NCBI RefSeq assembly: GCF_006345805.1
Contig: NW_021834792.1
Coordinates: 1-64,000 of the forward strand
DNA length: 64,000 nt
Direction: 5' to 3'
DNA from: Octopus sinensis
Lineage: Eukaryota
Part shown: one piece after another, positions 11,825 to 24,527 of the stretch
Layout: each line of letters starts with the position of its first letter
How positions within the stretch are numbered: the stretch's first letter is position 1
Translations under genes and position numbers: made by a program
Notes under the pieces: model-generated
Told to the model about the DNA's origin: nothing
What the model saw: only the letters and a program-made list of their open reading frames with translations
Database searches by the model: none

Positions 11825-12623
11825 TTTAGCGAGTGTAGTTGAATGAATGCAGTGTGGTTTAAGCCTTGATAATATTATGTCTTCTGGTTAATATGAGTCA
11901 GAATGAGTATCATTAAGAAAATATAAAGACTCGTTAAAGTTAACCGTTTTGCAACATTGTTTTCTGAACGCTAAGATTAAATGCAACAACTGGTATAACT
12001 TGAAGAACTCTGTTAAGATCATTGCATAGTTTTAAAATATTTCTCGAAGTTGAAAATAAATGTTAGAAGAAACGCAAAGCATAGCGTCAAACATTCTGGT
12101 TAGAAATCTCTCCTTTTTGAAGCTGCAAAATTATATAAACTGCTTTCATGTCGAAGATCAAAAATCGCTCGTAACAAACTCACCTCCCTAAGGAATAAGG
12201 TGAAAAAAAGTCCCTTAAATAGCTGATGTTCGGACACTTGGCTAATCTATCACGTTAAGGGGTCGACAGTCTGCATAAAGCTAAAGGGACTTGACCATCA
12301 CGTGAGGGACCAAAATAGATACCTAAAGGTAAAAAGGCAAAATGCGGATACCTAAAGGTAAAAAGCGATTATGCTTCTGCTACAGTAACTACCTAGAAAA
12401 ATATGTCTTACAGTCCAACGCCGTCATTCAGAGTCCAGTTCGGTGTGCTTTTACTCACACAGACTTCTCTGTATCGTTCCAATTTTGGTAAGAAGAATAA
12501 TTCCTCCGAGACAGTTACTGTAGCGAACGTCTTTCTACGTTTGAGTGTACAGGAGCGTGTTAAACATAAATGTACCCGGCTTTATTTCAATCGTCGCTAC
12601 TTAAGTAATAACAATGTATGTGA

Positions 12624-12680
<57 letters not shown>

Positions 12681-13734
12681 TCACATTAAGACAGACACTG
12701 ATAAATTGACAGATACACAGTATTAATAGTTTCTCTAAGCTAATGACAAAAGGAAAACATTAGGCGAAACAAAATTCTACCGAACATTCCACCAGATAAG
12801 AACTGTAATAATGTTTATCCCCATAGCTATATTTATTTCATAGAAACTGCTTGGTTTTCTCTTTCTTCTCTTCCTCTTTCTCACCTTCCTCCTTCTCCTC
12901 CTTTTCTGTTTTTTTTATTGTTATTTCAATTTTCCTTATTCTTCTTTACCGAAATTTTTATCTTTTTTTTTTCCTTTACCATCTTTCTCTCATCTCTCTT
13001 CTCCATTACTTCATTGCCTTCTCCACTAACTCCTCCTTTTCCTTCTACCCTCATTATATTATATAACAAGGAAGATATTTCTGCTGGACCGATGCACTCG
13101 CCTCACAACTCTCTGTACACTAAACACCATTGATCACGATATATATATATGATGGACTTTCTCGTCATAAACGATAATTGATGGTTTCGTAACATTTTTT
13201 TTTTTCTGACAACCTGCACAGACAGTTTGTTGATAGTGATCAAATGTTTGTGTCGTACAATAGCTAACGCCTTCTATCTAATTTGCCATTGCCTGTACAG
13301 GCGGACGGTTTGCCATCCGTCTGGTGTCAAAGTGATCGCCATGCTGATTGAGAATATTTGGCTTGGCCTACTTTGCTGGTCTATACTCAGAGAAGTAGGG
13401 TTTCGCTTCCACTGAACTGTTTCCAGGGAACCGTTTCCCGGCATAAAACAGGTCTTTGCTACCAAGAGTTTTCTTTCGCTTTCATAGGAACTGGCGGCCC
13501 TATGATGAATATTTGCTTAGGTCTCAACGTAGAACCCCAACACCGATATGTTTGTGTGTGAGTGCACGTGTGTGAATATATGATAAAAGTTACGTAATCA
13601 CTTTCATTAGCTTACAACCGTTTCAGCTATAAGAAAGTACTAAGCATCTGCAGTTGAGTGCTGGTGAAAAATTGTATAGCTTCTTCAGAGCCATTATATG
13701 AAGTGTTTCTTTAAGGAAAATATTGAAAAACATA

Positions 13735-13990
13735 GTTGCACATATCGTTCATCTTTTAATTGTTTGCGTCACCGGACTGCGGCCATGCTCGGACATTGCC
13801 TTGAATGGTTTAGTCGCACAAATTGACCCCAGTTCTATTTATTTAAACCTGGAGATTACTGTATTCGTGTATTTGGCCGAACCGCTAAATTACCGGGACG
13901 TAAATAAACCAACACTGGGTATCAAGTGGTTGTAGGTAACACACGCACACGCGTGCGCGCACATATATACGGTGAGTTTCTTTCAGTTTT
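13735..13990 (-). mobile_element. SINE family B, degenerate
   Basis: gactgcggccatgct, gccgaaccgctaaattaccgggacgtaaataaacc, tttcagttttcgtctac. Confidence 0.75.
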
Positions 13991-14009
13991 CGTCTACTTA
14001 ATCTAGGAG

Positions 14010-14150
14010 CAGACTGAGCCGTCGGTCAATCGGGCACTGCGTGAGGGCCCGGAGCTCTGAAGGGACCGCACTCTACATGTTAACTCTACTGATATCAATG
14101 CTAAGGGGCGCGGTAAACAGTCATGCCCGAGGGCATAAATACATTTAACA
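14010..14150. mobile_element. Possible GC-rich MITE remnant
   Basis: GC-rich block with inverted gggcac/gggccc...tgcccgagggc motifs; family not established. Confidence 0.3.
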
Positions 14151-14224
14151 CTCTTGCGCCCCATACACACATTACGAACTTAACTATACTGAGTTCTAGT
14201 TATTCGTGCTATCATAGTGGAATT

Positions 14225-14817
14225 CATATATATATATATATGAATAAACACACATATATGTATATATACATATATATATATATACACATATATATATATA
14301 TATATACATATATATTACATACATATATACATACATATACATACATATATATACATACATATACATACATATAATATATACATACATATATATATACATA
14401 CATACATATACATATATATATATATATATACATACTATCATACATATAATATATATATACATACATATACATACTATATATATACATACATATACATACA
14501 TATATATATATATACATACAATACTACATATATATATACATATACTCTACATATATATACATACTATACATACATATATATATACATACATATACATACA
14601 TATATATATACATACATATACATATACATATATATACATATACATATATATACATACACATATATATATACATATATATACATACATATATATATATATA
14701 CACACACACATATATATATATATACACACACACATATATATACATATATATAATATATATATATACATATATATACATATATATACATACATATATACAT
14801 ATACATATATATAATAC

Positions 14818-14850
<33 letters not shown>

Positions 14851-15020
14851 CATACATATATATATACATACATATAATACATATATATATATACATACAT
14901 ATACATATATATATACATATACATATATATACATATACATATATATATACATATATATATATACATATATATTATACATATATATATATATATATACACA
15001 TACACATATAATATATATAC

Positions 15021-15089
<69 letters not shown>

Positions 15090-15248
15090 TATATATATAC
15101 ATATATATACATATATATATATATACATATATATACATATATATATATATAATACATATATATACATAATATAATATATATATACATATATATACATATA
15201 TATATATATATATAATACCTACCACACACACACCACCACACCACACAC

Positions 15249-15300
<52 letters not shown>
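14225..15300. repeat. ~1.1-kb complex (TA)n/(CATA)n/(CA)n microsatellite
   Basis: Directly visible; source of the long YI/MYI ORFs. Confidence 0.95.
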
Positions 15301-15314
15301 GTTGAATTGTATAC

Positions 15315-15490
15315 GAAAACAAAAGATGAAGGCAGGTGTATAAACAACAAGCAGGTGTATCAATTTGACGCTCGATAAAGTGAGAATGTCTTTTACGTTT
15401 CGAGCCTACGCTCTTCAACGGAAAAGAACACAAGGAAATAAACAGAGAAATAATAAAAAAAAAACTTGTTGATTTAGCGATCAATCATGG
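15315..15490 (-). mobile_element. Family P1 Penelope-like repeat
   Basis: aacaacaagcaggtgtat...ttttacgtttcgagcctacgctcttcaacggaaaag. Confidence 0.75.
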
Positions 15491-15529
15491 CAACGAGTTG
15501 GGAAAAGGTAGTTGGGCAGGAAAATTATA

Positions 15530-15690
15530 TATGCTGATGTGTCTACGTCCCCGTAACTTAGCGGTTCGGCAAAAGAGAACCAGTAGAACAAGTACTAAGC
15601 TTACAAAGAATAAGCTCTGGTGTCAATTTGTTCGACTAAAAGGCGATGCTCAAGCATGGCCACAGTCAAATGACTGAAACAAGTAAAAGA
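15530..15690 (+). mobile_element. SINE family B 3' part
   Basis: acgtccccgtaacttagcggttcggcaaaagaga...agcatggccacagtcaaatgactgaaacaagtaaaaga. Confidence 0.85.
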
Positions 15691-16304
15691 GTAAAAGTGT
15701 ATATATGTATGTGTGTGTGTGTGTGTGTATACATACACATACATACGTACTTACAAACATATACTCGTATGTACGTACGTTTATACATACTCGCTTCCAG
15801 TCACCATCTTCAAGCATTAATTCAGCTCCATGTTGCTTCCGCCCACCAATCTGACTTGCGCTGTTTTTTCTCTCCCATAAACAATATTCTCATAGTAATT
15901 ATTATTTTCATGAAATAACGGAAATAATTGTATACGAATAACAAAAAGTGCAAAGTAAAGTACTTCCAGATTTCAACATATTATTATTTCATTGATTTTT
16001 TCCTTTTTCTTTCATGTTACATTATTTTATAACTTTAACTTATTCTTCAATCAATAAGTGAAGTTTTATGAACTACACAATGCAAAAAATGTAATGTCGG
16101 TAAATGGTGGTGATTTCTGATCGACAGTTTTTTATAAGATATATTGTGCATAAAGATAACAAAAATTGTCTAAAATGTGATTACATTTAAGAGCTAACAA
16201 CAGCAGCCAAATTGCCCTAAAATACCACCTTCTCTACTTATATTAGTAAAAGATTCGCTAGGCAAAGTTCTTTATATACATACATATACCTTTATACAGA
16301 GAAT

Positions 16305-16545
16305 TCAAAAAAGAAAAAAAAAACAAAAGACAAAAACAGGTGATGTAGACAACAAATCGATGTATTAGTATAACGCTCGGGAAGTGAAAAAGTCTTTAAC
16401 GTTTCGAGCTTACGCTCTTTCGCAGAAAGGAAAACAGAAAGGAACAAGGAGAGAAAATAAAGGTGAGAAAATAAAGAATGTGTAGTGGCTAGCGATCTAT
16501 CATGACGAAGTTTCGTGTTCAGTCCCATTGCGTGGCATGATAGAT
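16305..16545 (-). mobile_element. Family P1 Penelope-like repeat
   Basis: caggtgatgtagacaac...gtctttaacgtttcgagcttacgctctttcgcagaaagg...gtggctagcgatct. Confidence 0.75.
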
Positions 16546-16984
16546 CGCTAACCAAGGTAGTTATGTGTAAAGGTATCTACCTTTATACATATCAACTTTA
16601 CATATATGTATGTGTGTGTACATACATACATGCATGTCTAGGCATGCAACTATATGCATGAGAATACATACATAAAACATACAAATCTGCACATACATGC
16701 ATACTTAATATACATACATTTTTGTGATAGGCCTTACTTTTTCTTTTTTCTTTTTTTTTTACCAAACGATGCCTGTACAAGATGATTTTTTTTATAGTTG
16801 GGAAGGATTTGCACAAAACCAATCCTACCCTCTGAAAATGGATAACATAAACTCGAAAAGACGAACTAGTCGACACCATCTTATATTGTCAGTGTTGCAG
16901 GTTTTCTCTCAGAGTTTCCCTCCCCTAGAGAGATGCTGTGACTACAACAGAGGATCCCTTCACTACACACTGCTTAAATACCAC

Positions 16985-17300
16985 TCTTGAGATATTGGGT
17001 TTCTCAAAACCAGAAAGGAGAAAGCTAATTCGAAGATTACAGATCTAAGCCATCACTGCAACTGTAAAAATCTGTAAAACTTCCCAGAAGTTTATCATTT
17101 AAATATATATATGAGCATGTCTAGATATGTAACTATATGCATGAGAATACATACATAAAGCAAAACATACTAATCTGCACATATACAAAACTATATACAA
17201 AAATACCTCGTTGTTGATGTTGAAATTCCAATTCAGGAGCCTTGAATCTAGGCTCTTTCTCTATTGATAAGAAATCTTGAGATAAAACTGAACAATGACA
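16985..17300 (+). mobile_element. 3' end of R4/Dong-like retrotransposon (a second partial 3' UTR lies at ~16625-16715)
   Basis: LEILGFSKPERRKLIRRLQI..TVKICKTSQKFII* plus the 3' UTR, colinear with 33625-33951. Confidence 0.85.
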
Positions 17301-17573
17301 CATATATGACAGTCATCGATGTTTCGTTATTGTTGTGACTTATCAATGCCACATATGGAACAAGACCCACTGCAAACCATATCGCCGACTATGAATATAT
17401 GCAAAACGGTTTGAACACATTGAAACTCCGAGAAGGGATCTACGTATGTGGTCTCGCTTGGCTATGACTTACTTTTGGGTGATTTTTACACGAGGCACAT
17501 AGAGAATATATATTACGCCTAAAGGCCGCAGCCAACCCAATTTCAACCCACATAGCTTGTGTGTGTGTGTTCA

Positions 17574-17617
<44 letters not shown>

Positions 17618-17636
17618 TGTGTGTGTGTGTGCGTGC

Positions 17637-17664
<28 letters not shown>

Positions 17665-17671
<7 letters not shown>

Positions 17672-17810
17672 AGTTTCCGTATGCCAAATTTATTCGAAAG
17701 GTCTTTGGTCAGCCAGGAAATATAGTAGAAGACGCTTGCCTAAGTAATGGGACTGAACACGGAACTACATCGTTGGGAAGCAAATTTGTTACCACGCATC
17801 CCGCCACACA
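17665..17810 (-). mobile_element. SINE family B 5' part
   Basis: cagtttccgt..ccaaatt, tagtagaagacgcttgcc, gggactgaacacggaac. Confidence 0.75.
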
Positions 17811-17950
17811 TGTATATAAATATACACACACATACACACATATATAAATGCATATATGTACACATACGCATATACATACATACACACACGCATATATGTA
17901 TATAGATAGATAGATATGTATATATGTATATATATGTATGTATGTACATT

Positions 17951-17996
<46 letters not shown>

Positions 17997-18109
17997 ATGT
18001 ATGTATGGTAAATTAAAAAAAAACAAACACAAAACAAAACATCAAAAACGTTAGGACGAGGTACATGTAAAGTATTAGCTGACGCTTAGGGAAGGAAAGA
18101 AGCGTGAGT

Positions 18110-18241
18110 GACAGAGAGAGAGAGAGAGAGACAGAACAGACAGACAGACAGACAGACAGACAGAGACAGATACAGAAACAGAGACTGACAGACAGACAGA
18201 CACAGAGACACAGAGAGACAAAGAGATAGTGAGAGAGAGAT

Positions 18242-18286
<45 letters not shown>

Positions 18287-18297
18287 GTGAGTGAGAG
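18110..18297. repeat. (GA)n/(GACA)n microsatellite
   Basis: Directly visible. Confidence 0.95.
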
Positions 18298-18762
18298 TTT
18301 GTTTACTGTTCTGAGCTGAAGATAAAGAAGTGGTGCTAAGTGTTTTGCTATTATTTACACATTATTAGTTTTTGTGTGGTTTCTTTGTTCGTCTGGGGGC
18401 AATAGTGACGAGATAAACCACGCCAGGGGTGGGGACATCAAAATGGTGGTGGTTGCGGGGCGGGGGTAGAGACAGTAAACAGTAGAAGTCCAACTTTAAT
18501 TGCGGTTGAGGTGGTTGTAGTGTGGTATCTTGGTGGTGATGTCGTTGCCGGAAATTTGTAACCAAGGTAACGCATTATGGCATTAAACGTCTTCATACAG
18601 ATAAGAAGGTTAATAATACAGCTAAGCAGCGGCCGAAGTTAACTTTGACCCCGAGAATATATTTCTAGCGGTCGGGGTTGTTTAATAACCAGCATAATAC
18701 TCTCCCGCCCCCTTCTCTTAGCTTACCGTCCACAACTCGAATTGATTGATCTAAATACTCTC

Positions 18763-18800
<38 letters not shown>

Positions 18801-18971
18801 GTGTTTGTTTTGTTGAGAATGAAATCCCATAGTCGTGGGTCGGCACGCCGACAAGGGCACGAGAAAATTGATCGCGTAGAAGGAAATATAAATTTATTTT
18901 TAAAAATGCATCACATCAACAACAACAAAACAACAACAGCAGCAGCAGCAGTGATGATGATGATGATGATG

Positions 18972-19007
<36 letters not shown>

Positions 19008-19084
19008 GTAATAATAATAGTAATTCATTCTAATTTTAATACAAGGACGACAATCTTGAGCGCGAAAGCCGATTACATCAACTT

Positions 19085-19630
19085 GCTCCCTTAGCACAAC
19101 TGGTACTTTATCAATTTCGAAAGAATGAAAGTCACAATCGGCCTCTCCGGGATTTGAACTCAGAATATAAAGAGATGGACCAAAAATGCCGCTAAGCATT
19201 TTTTTTCCGTTATGCTAATGGTCCTGCTACCTACTTGCTTCATAATCTTAATCACAATCTTTTTAACTGTAGGCACAAGGCTTGAAACTCTTGTGGGAAA
19301 CTCTTGTGGGAAATGGAGTAGTCGATTACGTTGACTTCAGTATTCATTAGGTACTTATTTTATCGACCCCGGGAAGCTGACCTCGGCGAAATTTGAACTC
19401 AGAGCGTATACACGGACGAAATGAGCTAAACATTCTTTCTAATTTTGGGGTAAACCAAGCAATTTTGAGGGAAGGGTGTTAGTCGCTCCTTCAATTCCAG
19501 TACTTAACTGCTAATATATTTTATGAACCTAGAAGAATGAAAAGCATCAGGAAGGGAACTCAGAACTTAAGGAGCCGGAAGGAATACCCCAAGGCGTTTT
19601 GTCGGACGTGCTAACAATTACGCCAGCTCA
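19085..19630 (-). mobile_element. Three degenerate SINE family A copies
   Basis: Repeated gaatttgaactcagaa / ggtactt / gtgctaac motifs. Confidence 0.75.
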
Positions 19631-19984
19631 TTACCATAACAAGAACAACAATGACAGCAACAATAGCAATGATGATGATGATGATGTTTTTCTTTGCCCT
19701 CGAGGCAAATAAATGGGACATCACAAACGTATGGGACATCACGCGGACAGTCTACAATTCGCGTTGGGGCCTACATAAAAGTTGTATGAAAGAAGGAGAA
19801 AAGACTGTGAAATGCGATAAAAGAATGCACAGTATACAATGTATGTGATAACATGATTGACGCAGTCCTTCTGATACTGAAGAACATTCATCTAGGGCCA
19901 ATCAGGGGACCTCACACATCCAGGAATACTCTGACCCCTAAAAGCACGATCCCTCACTCAACTATTGTTCTCCTGTCTTCAAGT

Positions 19985-20335
19985 GCATGTTTAGAGTAGA
20001 TACGTTTAAGCAAATCCTTTTTTCCACAGTCAGCTACCTTCCTGCAAATTCTCTAGGAGAGAGCACATCGCTCTACTTTCTACTCTCAGTTTCCTTTCCA
20101 AGGAGAACTTAAGGGTTTCGTTGAGGGCTTGACCTAAGCGAAAGATGCCTTTCTCCAATCCCTTAAGCACTTCATAACCATTAGACAGATGAACAGCGCC
20201 TGCTCTATATTACAAAAGGTGGATGATGGGTCGGGCCTCACGACAGACTCAGCTGATAGACGAATTAGTCCTACACCCGACGACAGCTCTTCGACATAAC
20301 TCCGCTAATCTGCAATTCTGGTACACTGCATGAGT
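19985..20335 (-). pseudogene. L1/Tx1-group LINE ORF2 C-terminal fragment
   Basis: Frameshifted VEELSSGVGLIRLSAESVV ... GLEKGIFRLGQALNETLKFSLERKLRVE; same strand and order as the RT piece at 20590-20838. Confidence 0.6.
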
Positions 20336-20589
20336 GCATGCATTATGGTTTCATTGCTCTGTGTGCATCACGGTTGGTCCTGTCTAACACAACTTCCACG
20401 CCAGTAGAGTTTTGATTATTATTTCATATTTTGGCACGAGGCGAACAATTTTATGGGTTGGTTACTTAATGTACTTGACCCCGGTACTGGATAGCTACTT
20501 TCTTCTTGGCCCTTAAAGGATAAAAATCAAGGTTTCCCTTTGTAGAATTTGAACTGAAAAAGCAAGAAAAAAAATGTGCTCAGCATTTT

Positions 20590-20838
20590 TGTCTTATAGA
20601 CCCTTAGAATGATGTCGATCCCCTCCATACGTGGACAACTGTGCCGTGTGCCGACAGATCTGTAGCCTACTTCGTACAAGATGTCCTTCAATGTCACTAG
20701 TTTACACAATTGTGGTTCTAGAGTCAGTGTATACAGAAGAGATGAAAGGTGACAATACTGAAAGCCTGGGCGCATGTCACTACGTGGTTCCGATACGTCA
20801 CCGTTCAGTCTAACCACCGAGCACACATCGCTGTACAT
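20590..20838 (-). pseudogene. L1/Tx1-group reverse transcriptase fragment
   Basis: MYSDVCSVVRLNGDVSEP...RPGFQYCHLSSLLYTLTLEPQLCKL is a decayed RQGCPLSPLLYxLxxEPL motif. Confidence 0.8.
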
Positions 20839-21059
20839 TTATTGCTTGAAGACGAGGCGAAATCGTGTTGATGGCTGTCAATTTTTTATCATAGAAAATT
20901 GTTGGTTCTTGAAATTATCACATCTTCACATATGGAATTCATGCCACTTGCCACAAAAGCGATTAGTTTACTCTCTTTGAAAACAGAAATAATTTCAATA
21001 AATCAAGAATTTATGAATTTATCTTGCATAACACACACACATATATACACATATATATA

Positions 21060-21096
<37 letters not shown>

Positions 21097-21301
21097 CACA
21101 CACACACACATACATACAAATATGATTACATGTACATTCGTGTATGTATGTGTGTGTGTATGTATGTACTCATGTATATCTATCTATACACACAAACGCA
21201 CACACATATATATGCATATACATCTCTCTCTATATATATATACATATACATACATATATATGTATATATACATTTATATATATAATATATATATATATAT
21301 A

Positions 21302-21346
<45 letters not shown>

Positions 21347-21451
21347 ATATATATACATACATACATACATACACACATATTTCCTCAGCGTAAACCTAAA
21401 ACACTTATTTTATTACTTCGTCTTCGTGTTATTTATAATCTTTGTACACCA

Positions 21452-21539
<88 letters not shown>

Positions 21540-22294
21540 GTGTATGTATGTATGTATGAATATGCGAAGTAAGAACAAAAATATATGTATACTAAAATCC
21601 ATACCAGATAAATTATTCATTTATACGTATGAAACGTTTGTATGCGTGTCTGTATGTATGCCTGCATGAGTTTGTATATGTGAATATGCTATATATATAT
21701 ATATATATATATACATACACAAACACACACGCGCATGTATACATATAATGTCAATAACGCATCTAACTGCAGTGAGATAGATTCACATTGAGTTTGCATC
21801 TGATATGATTTTTCACAAAAAAAAAAAAATCAATAGACGTAACATGATCCTTAGAAAAAAAACGTCAGTCATTTGTAAGAAAATTGCATGGCAGAATTAA
21901 AACCACTGAGAAAAAGAATTACACATCACAAGAATTATTTGCAAAAAAAAAAAAAGAGGATATCTTTCATATCCAGACGGCACCGTTTTTGTATGACTAT
22001 CTGTGAAAATCGGAATTGGTAAAACAAAGTTACCACAGCTAGACTTAAATATTTGTTTACGCCTGTTTACATTTCGGAGTAATTTCGCTGTGAGGGGAAA
22101 TAATAATTAAATGAAAGAAAATTATAGTAGATATACCAACTTTAAATGATAAGGCTGTAAAGATATCTATTGAACTCCAGGTCAGAAATTTTCAGTGGTT
22201 GTATGCATACATATAAATATGTGTGGGCATGTGTCTGTACATGAGTGCTTGTGTATGTGTGTGTTTGTATGCGCTTGTGTGTGTGCGTGTGTGC

Positions 22295-22342
<48 letters not shown>

Positions 22343-22699
22343 AGGAACAGGCTCTGCCAGATTTAAAATGATCAAGACAGCGCCGTATCTTACAACTGCG
22401 TTCATATGGTTTCCTCAAGAAGTTAGGGAGCCCATGGTATGATGTATACCGATTGCTCCTTCTCATGGAAAGAGTGCTATCCCTTCATAGAACTTTGCAC
22501 GACCATGTGAATATGGCTCTACAATCCAGCTTCGGTTCTATAATAAAGATTATAGATTTCACACATGAACTGTCTGTCACCTGGTATCACCGGTCGCGAT
22601 GTAACCTCATGTACATTTACCATGCCTGGTCAGGCCACCATCTGACTTGCAAATTAACCTACACATATGTGTGCCGCAGAGAACATGACGGAAGTATCA

Positions 22700-23340
22700 T
22701 CCCATAAGCTGCCTTGATCTTTCCGTTCTTCATGTGAGCGCAGGTGGATGATCAACCCAGCTCTTGAGAGAAGAAATCGTCCAGACACATTGCATCTCCA
22801 TTCCAAACAAATTCTGGAGACACTTCTATTGAGTCTTGCTAATGGAGTAAACACTTCAGAGCAGTACGCTCTACTCACCCTTGCTCACATCTATTCCTGA
22901 TAATCACGGTTTTCAGCCAATGCCTGCTTTTTATCACATCCTTAAATCGTTTACTTTGTGTATGCTGTGGCCTCTTCCCACTGGTCAGCTCCTCAAGAAA
23001 AAAAAACCCGTTTAGGCCTCCTTTCATCCTCTATTCTGATAACACGTGCAGCTCAGAGCATCTGGTTTAAAATAATTCTTTTTTCAATATTGGTGCTGCC
23101 CCCCTTAAGCATAACAGTATCAGATATGTAAGAGCATCACTGTACGCCGGCTACAATAACGATAAATCTTTCATGACTGCTTGATACAATGCCTATGTAT
23201 TGTCCACATTTCGCACCCATAGAGCAGGGCTGTAAGGGCACGGGCCTCATAAACAGAGCTTTCCGTTTTTTGTGATGTCCTAAGCTGACCAGACTTGCTT
23301 TACGAGTTTCCGAAAAGCAACACTAGCTTTCGCAGTCCTA
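22700..23340 (-). pseudogene. RTE-clade LINE 3' fragment (RT C-terminus and terminal C2H2-like motif)
   Basis: AFRKLVKQVW...ALLYGCEMWTIHR...RVIRIEDERRPKRVF..ELTSGKRP...KRFKD; then CNVSGRFLLSRAGLIIHLRSH. Confidence 0.85.
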
Positions 23341-23347
23341 TGGTTTA

Positions 23348-23525
23348 CTGTTTTTTGACATGTATAAGGAATCCTCGTTTATAAGGAACCCCCTAATTTG
23401 GGGGGCTTAAAATTTAGAAAAAAGGTTTTGTAAGGGATTATAATACTATCCATGTAAAAGAAACTCCCATATTTTTAAACCTAATTTTTAACAAAAAAGG
23501 GTTCCTTATACACGTTAAAATACGG
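23348..23525. mobile_element. Tc1/pogo-like MITE
   Basis: TA flanks; imperfect TIRs ctgttttttgacatgtataagga / tccttatacacgttaaaatacgg. Confidence 0.7.
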
Positions 23526-23654
23526 TATTTTGGCGCCAAGAGTACCATCTCTGCTATGTGTTGTTTTATCTCCTACGAAGATGTGATTCCACAAATGTTT
23601 CCCCAACAAATGGTGCGTACATGATATTTATCTTCTTCATGCAAATATTGGATT

Positions 23655-23800
23655 CAAATTTTGGCACAAGGCCAGCAAGGTTTCAATCGGTTGCATTGAC
23701 TCCAGTGCTCGGCAGGTATTTATCGACGCCAAAAGAATGAAAGGCTAAGTCGACCTCGGCGAAATTTGCATTTAGAACGTAAAGACAGACGAAATGCCGC
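23655..23800 (-). mobile_element. SINE family A fragment
   Basis: ttttggcacaaggccagc...gtcgacctcggcgaaatttg. Confidence 0.8.
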
Positions 23801-24254
23801 ATGTCCAGTGTTCCCTGCCTAGCTCTGAATTCCCACTGAGTCTCAAAGAGGACATCAGGGCAAATCCATTTTGTTTAATCGATTCTACAAAACCTTAGAC
23901 ATAACTAGTCCTAGCGACTCGAGCAGGTTTTCATGCTTGGAGCCCTTACGTTTGTAAATGTAAAATATAATTGCATTAACCCAATCTTACGGGACAGACT
24001 TGCCATGACATACAGGCATACAGGCAGAACTAGCTGATGAATGACCTCAGCAATATTATCCCCTCAAAAGTGAATCAACGCAATAGGTATTTAATCAAGA
24101 TTCAGAGTTTTCTCTATGCTTAGCTCTTTGATAGTTGACCCTTTTTCACCAATGTAATCTTATATTACTATTATAAGATAATAAATAAAACCTGAAAAAC
24201 AGAGCTGGAATTCCTTTGAGTAATATATTCTTCCATACACAATCATACAAACCC

Positions 24255-24302
<48 letters not shown>

Positions 24303-24527
24303 GTCTTTGCATCGTCTATTTGTCCAAACGTTTTGATGCCCTCTATTGCATTTTTGTTCCATTTTTATATTTATATATATACATCCACACACACACGCAC
24401 GCAGGCACGCACGCATACACACACACACATATATATATAATATACTGATCCGTGATAGAAAATTCAACAAAAAATGTACTCCATCTGGTGAGATATAAAT
24501 ATTATTTATTTAAAGGTCACAATACAT

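Noticed and set aside
12403-12726. 107-aa ORF with an internal GTAAGA donor
   Set aside because: No homology recognised, poor acceptor, and it ends in (TA)n.
13150-13520. Moderately GC-rich segment with an ~80-codon minus frame
   Set aside because: I could not assign it to any protein or TE family; probably a decayed TE.
17335-17460. Protein-like frame NATYGTRPTANHIADYEYMQNG...
   Set aside because: An in-frame stop lies between it and the nearest upstream AG; no family recognised.
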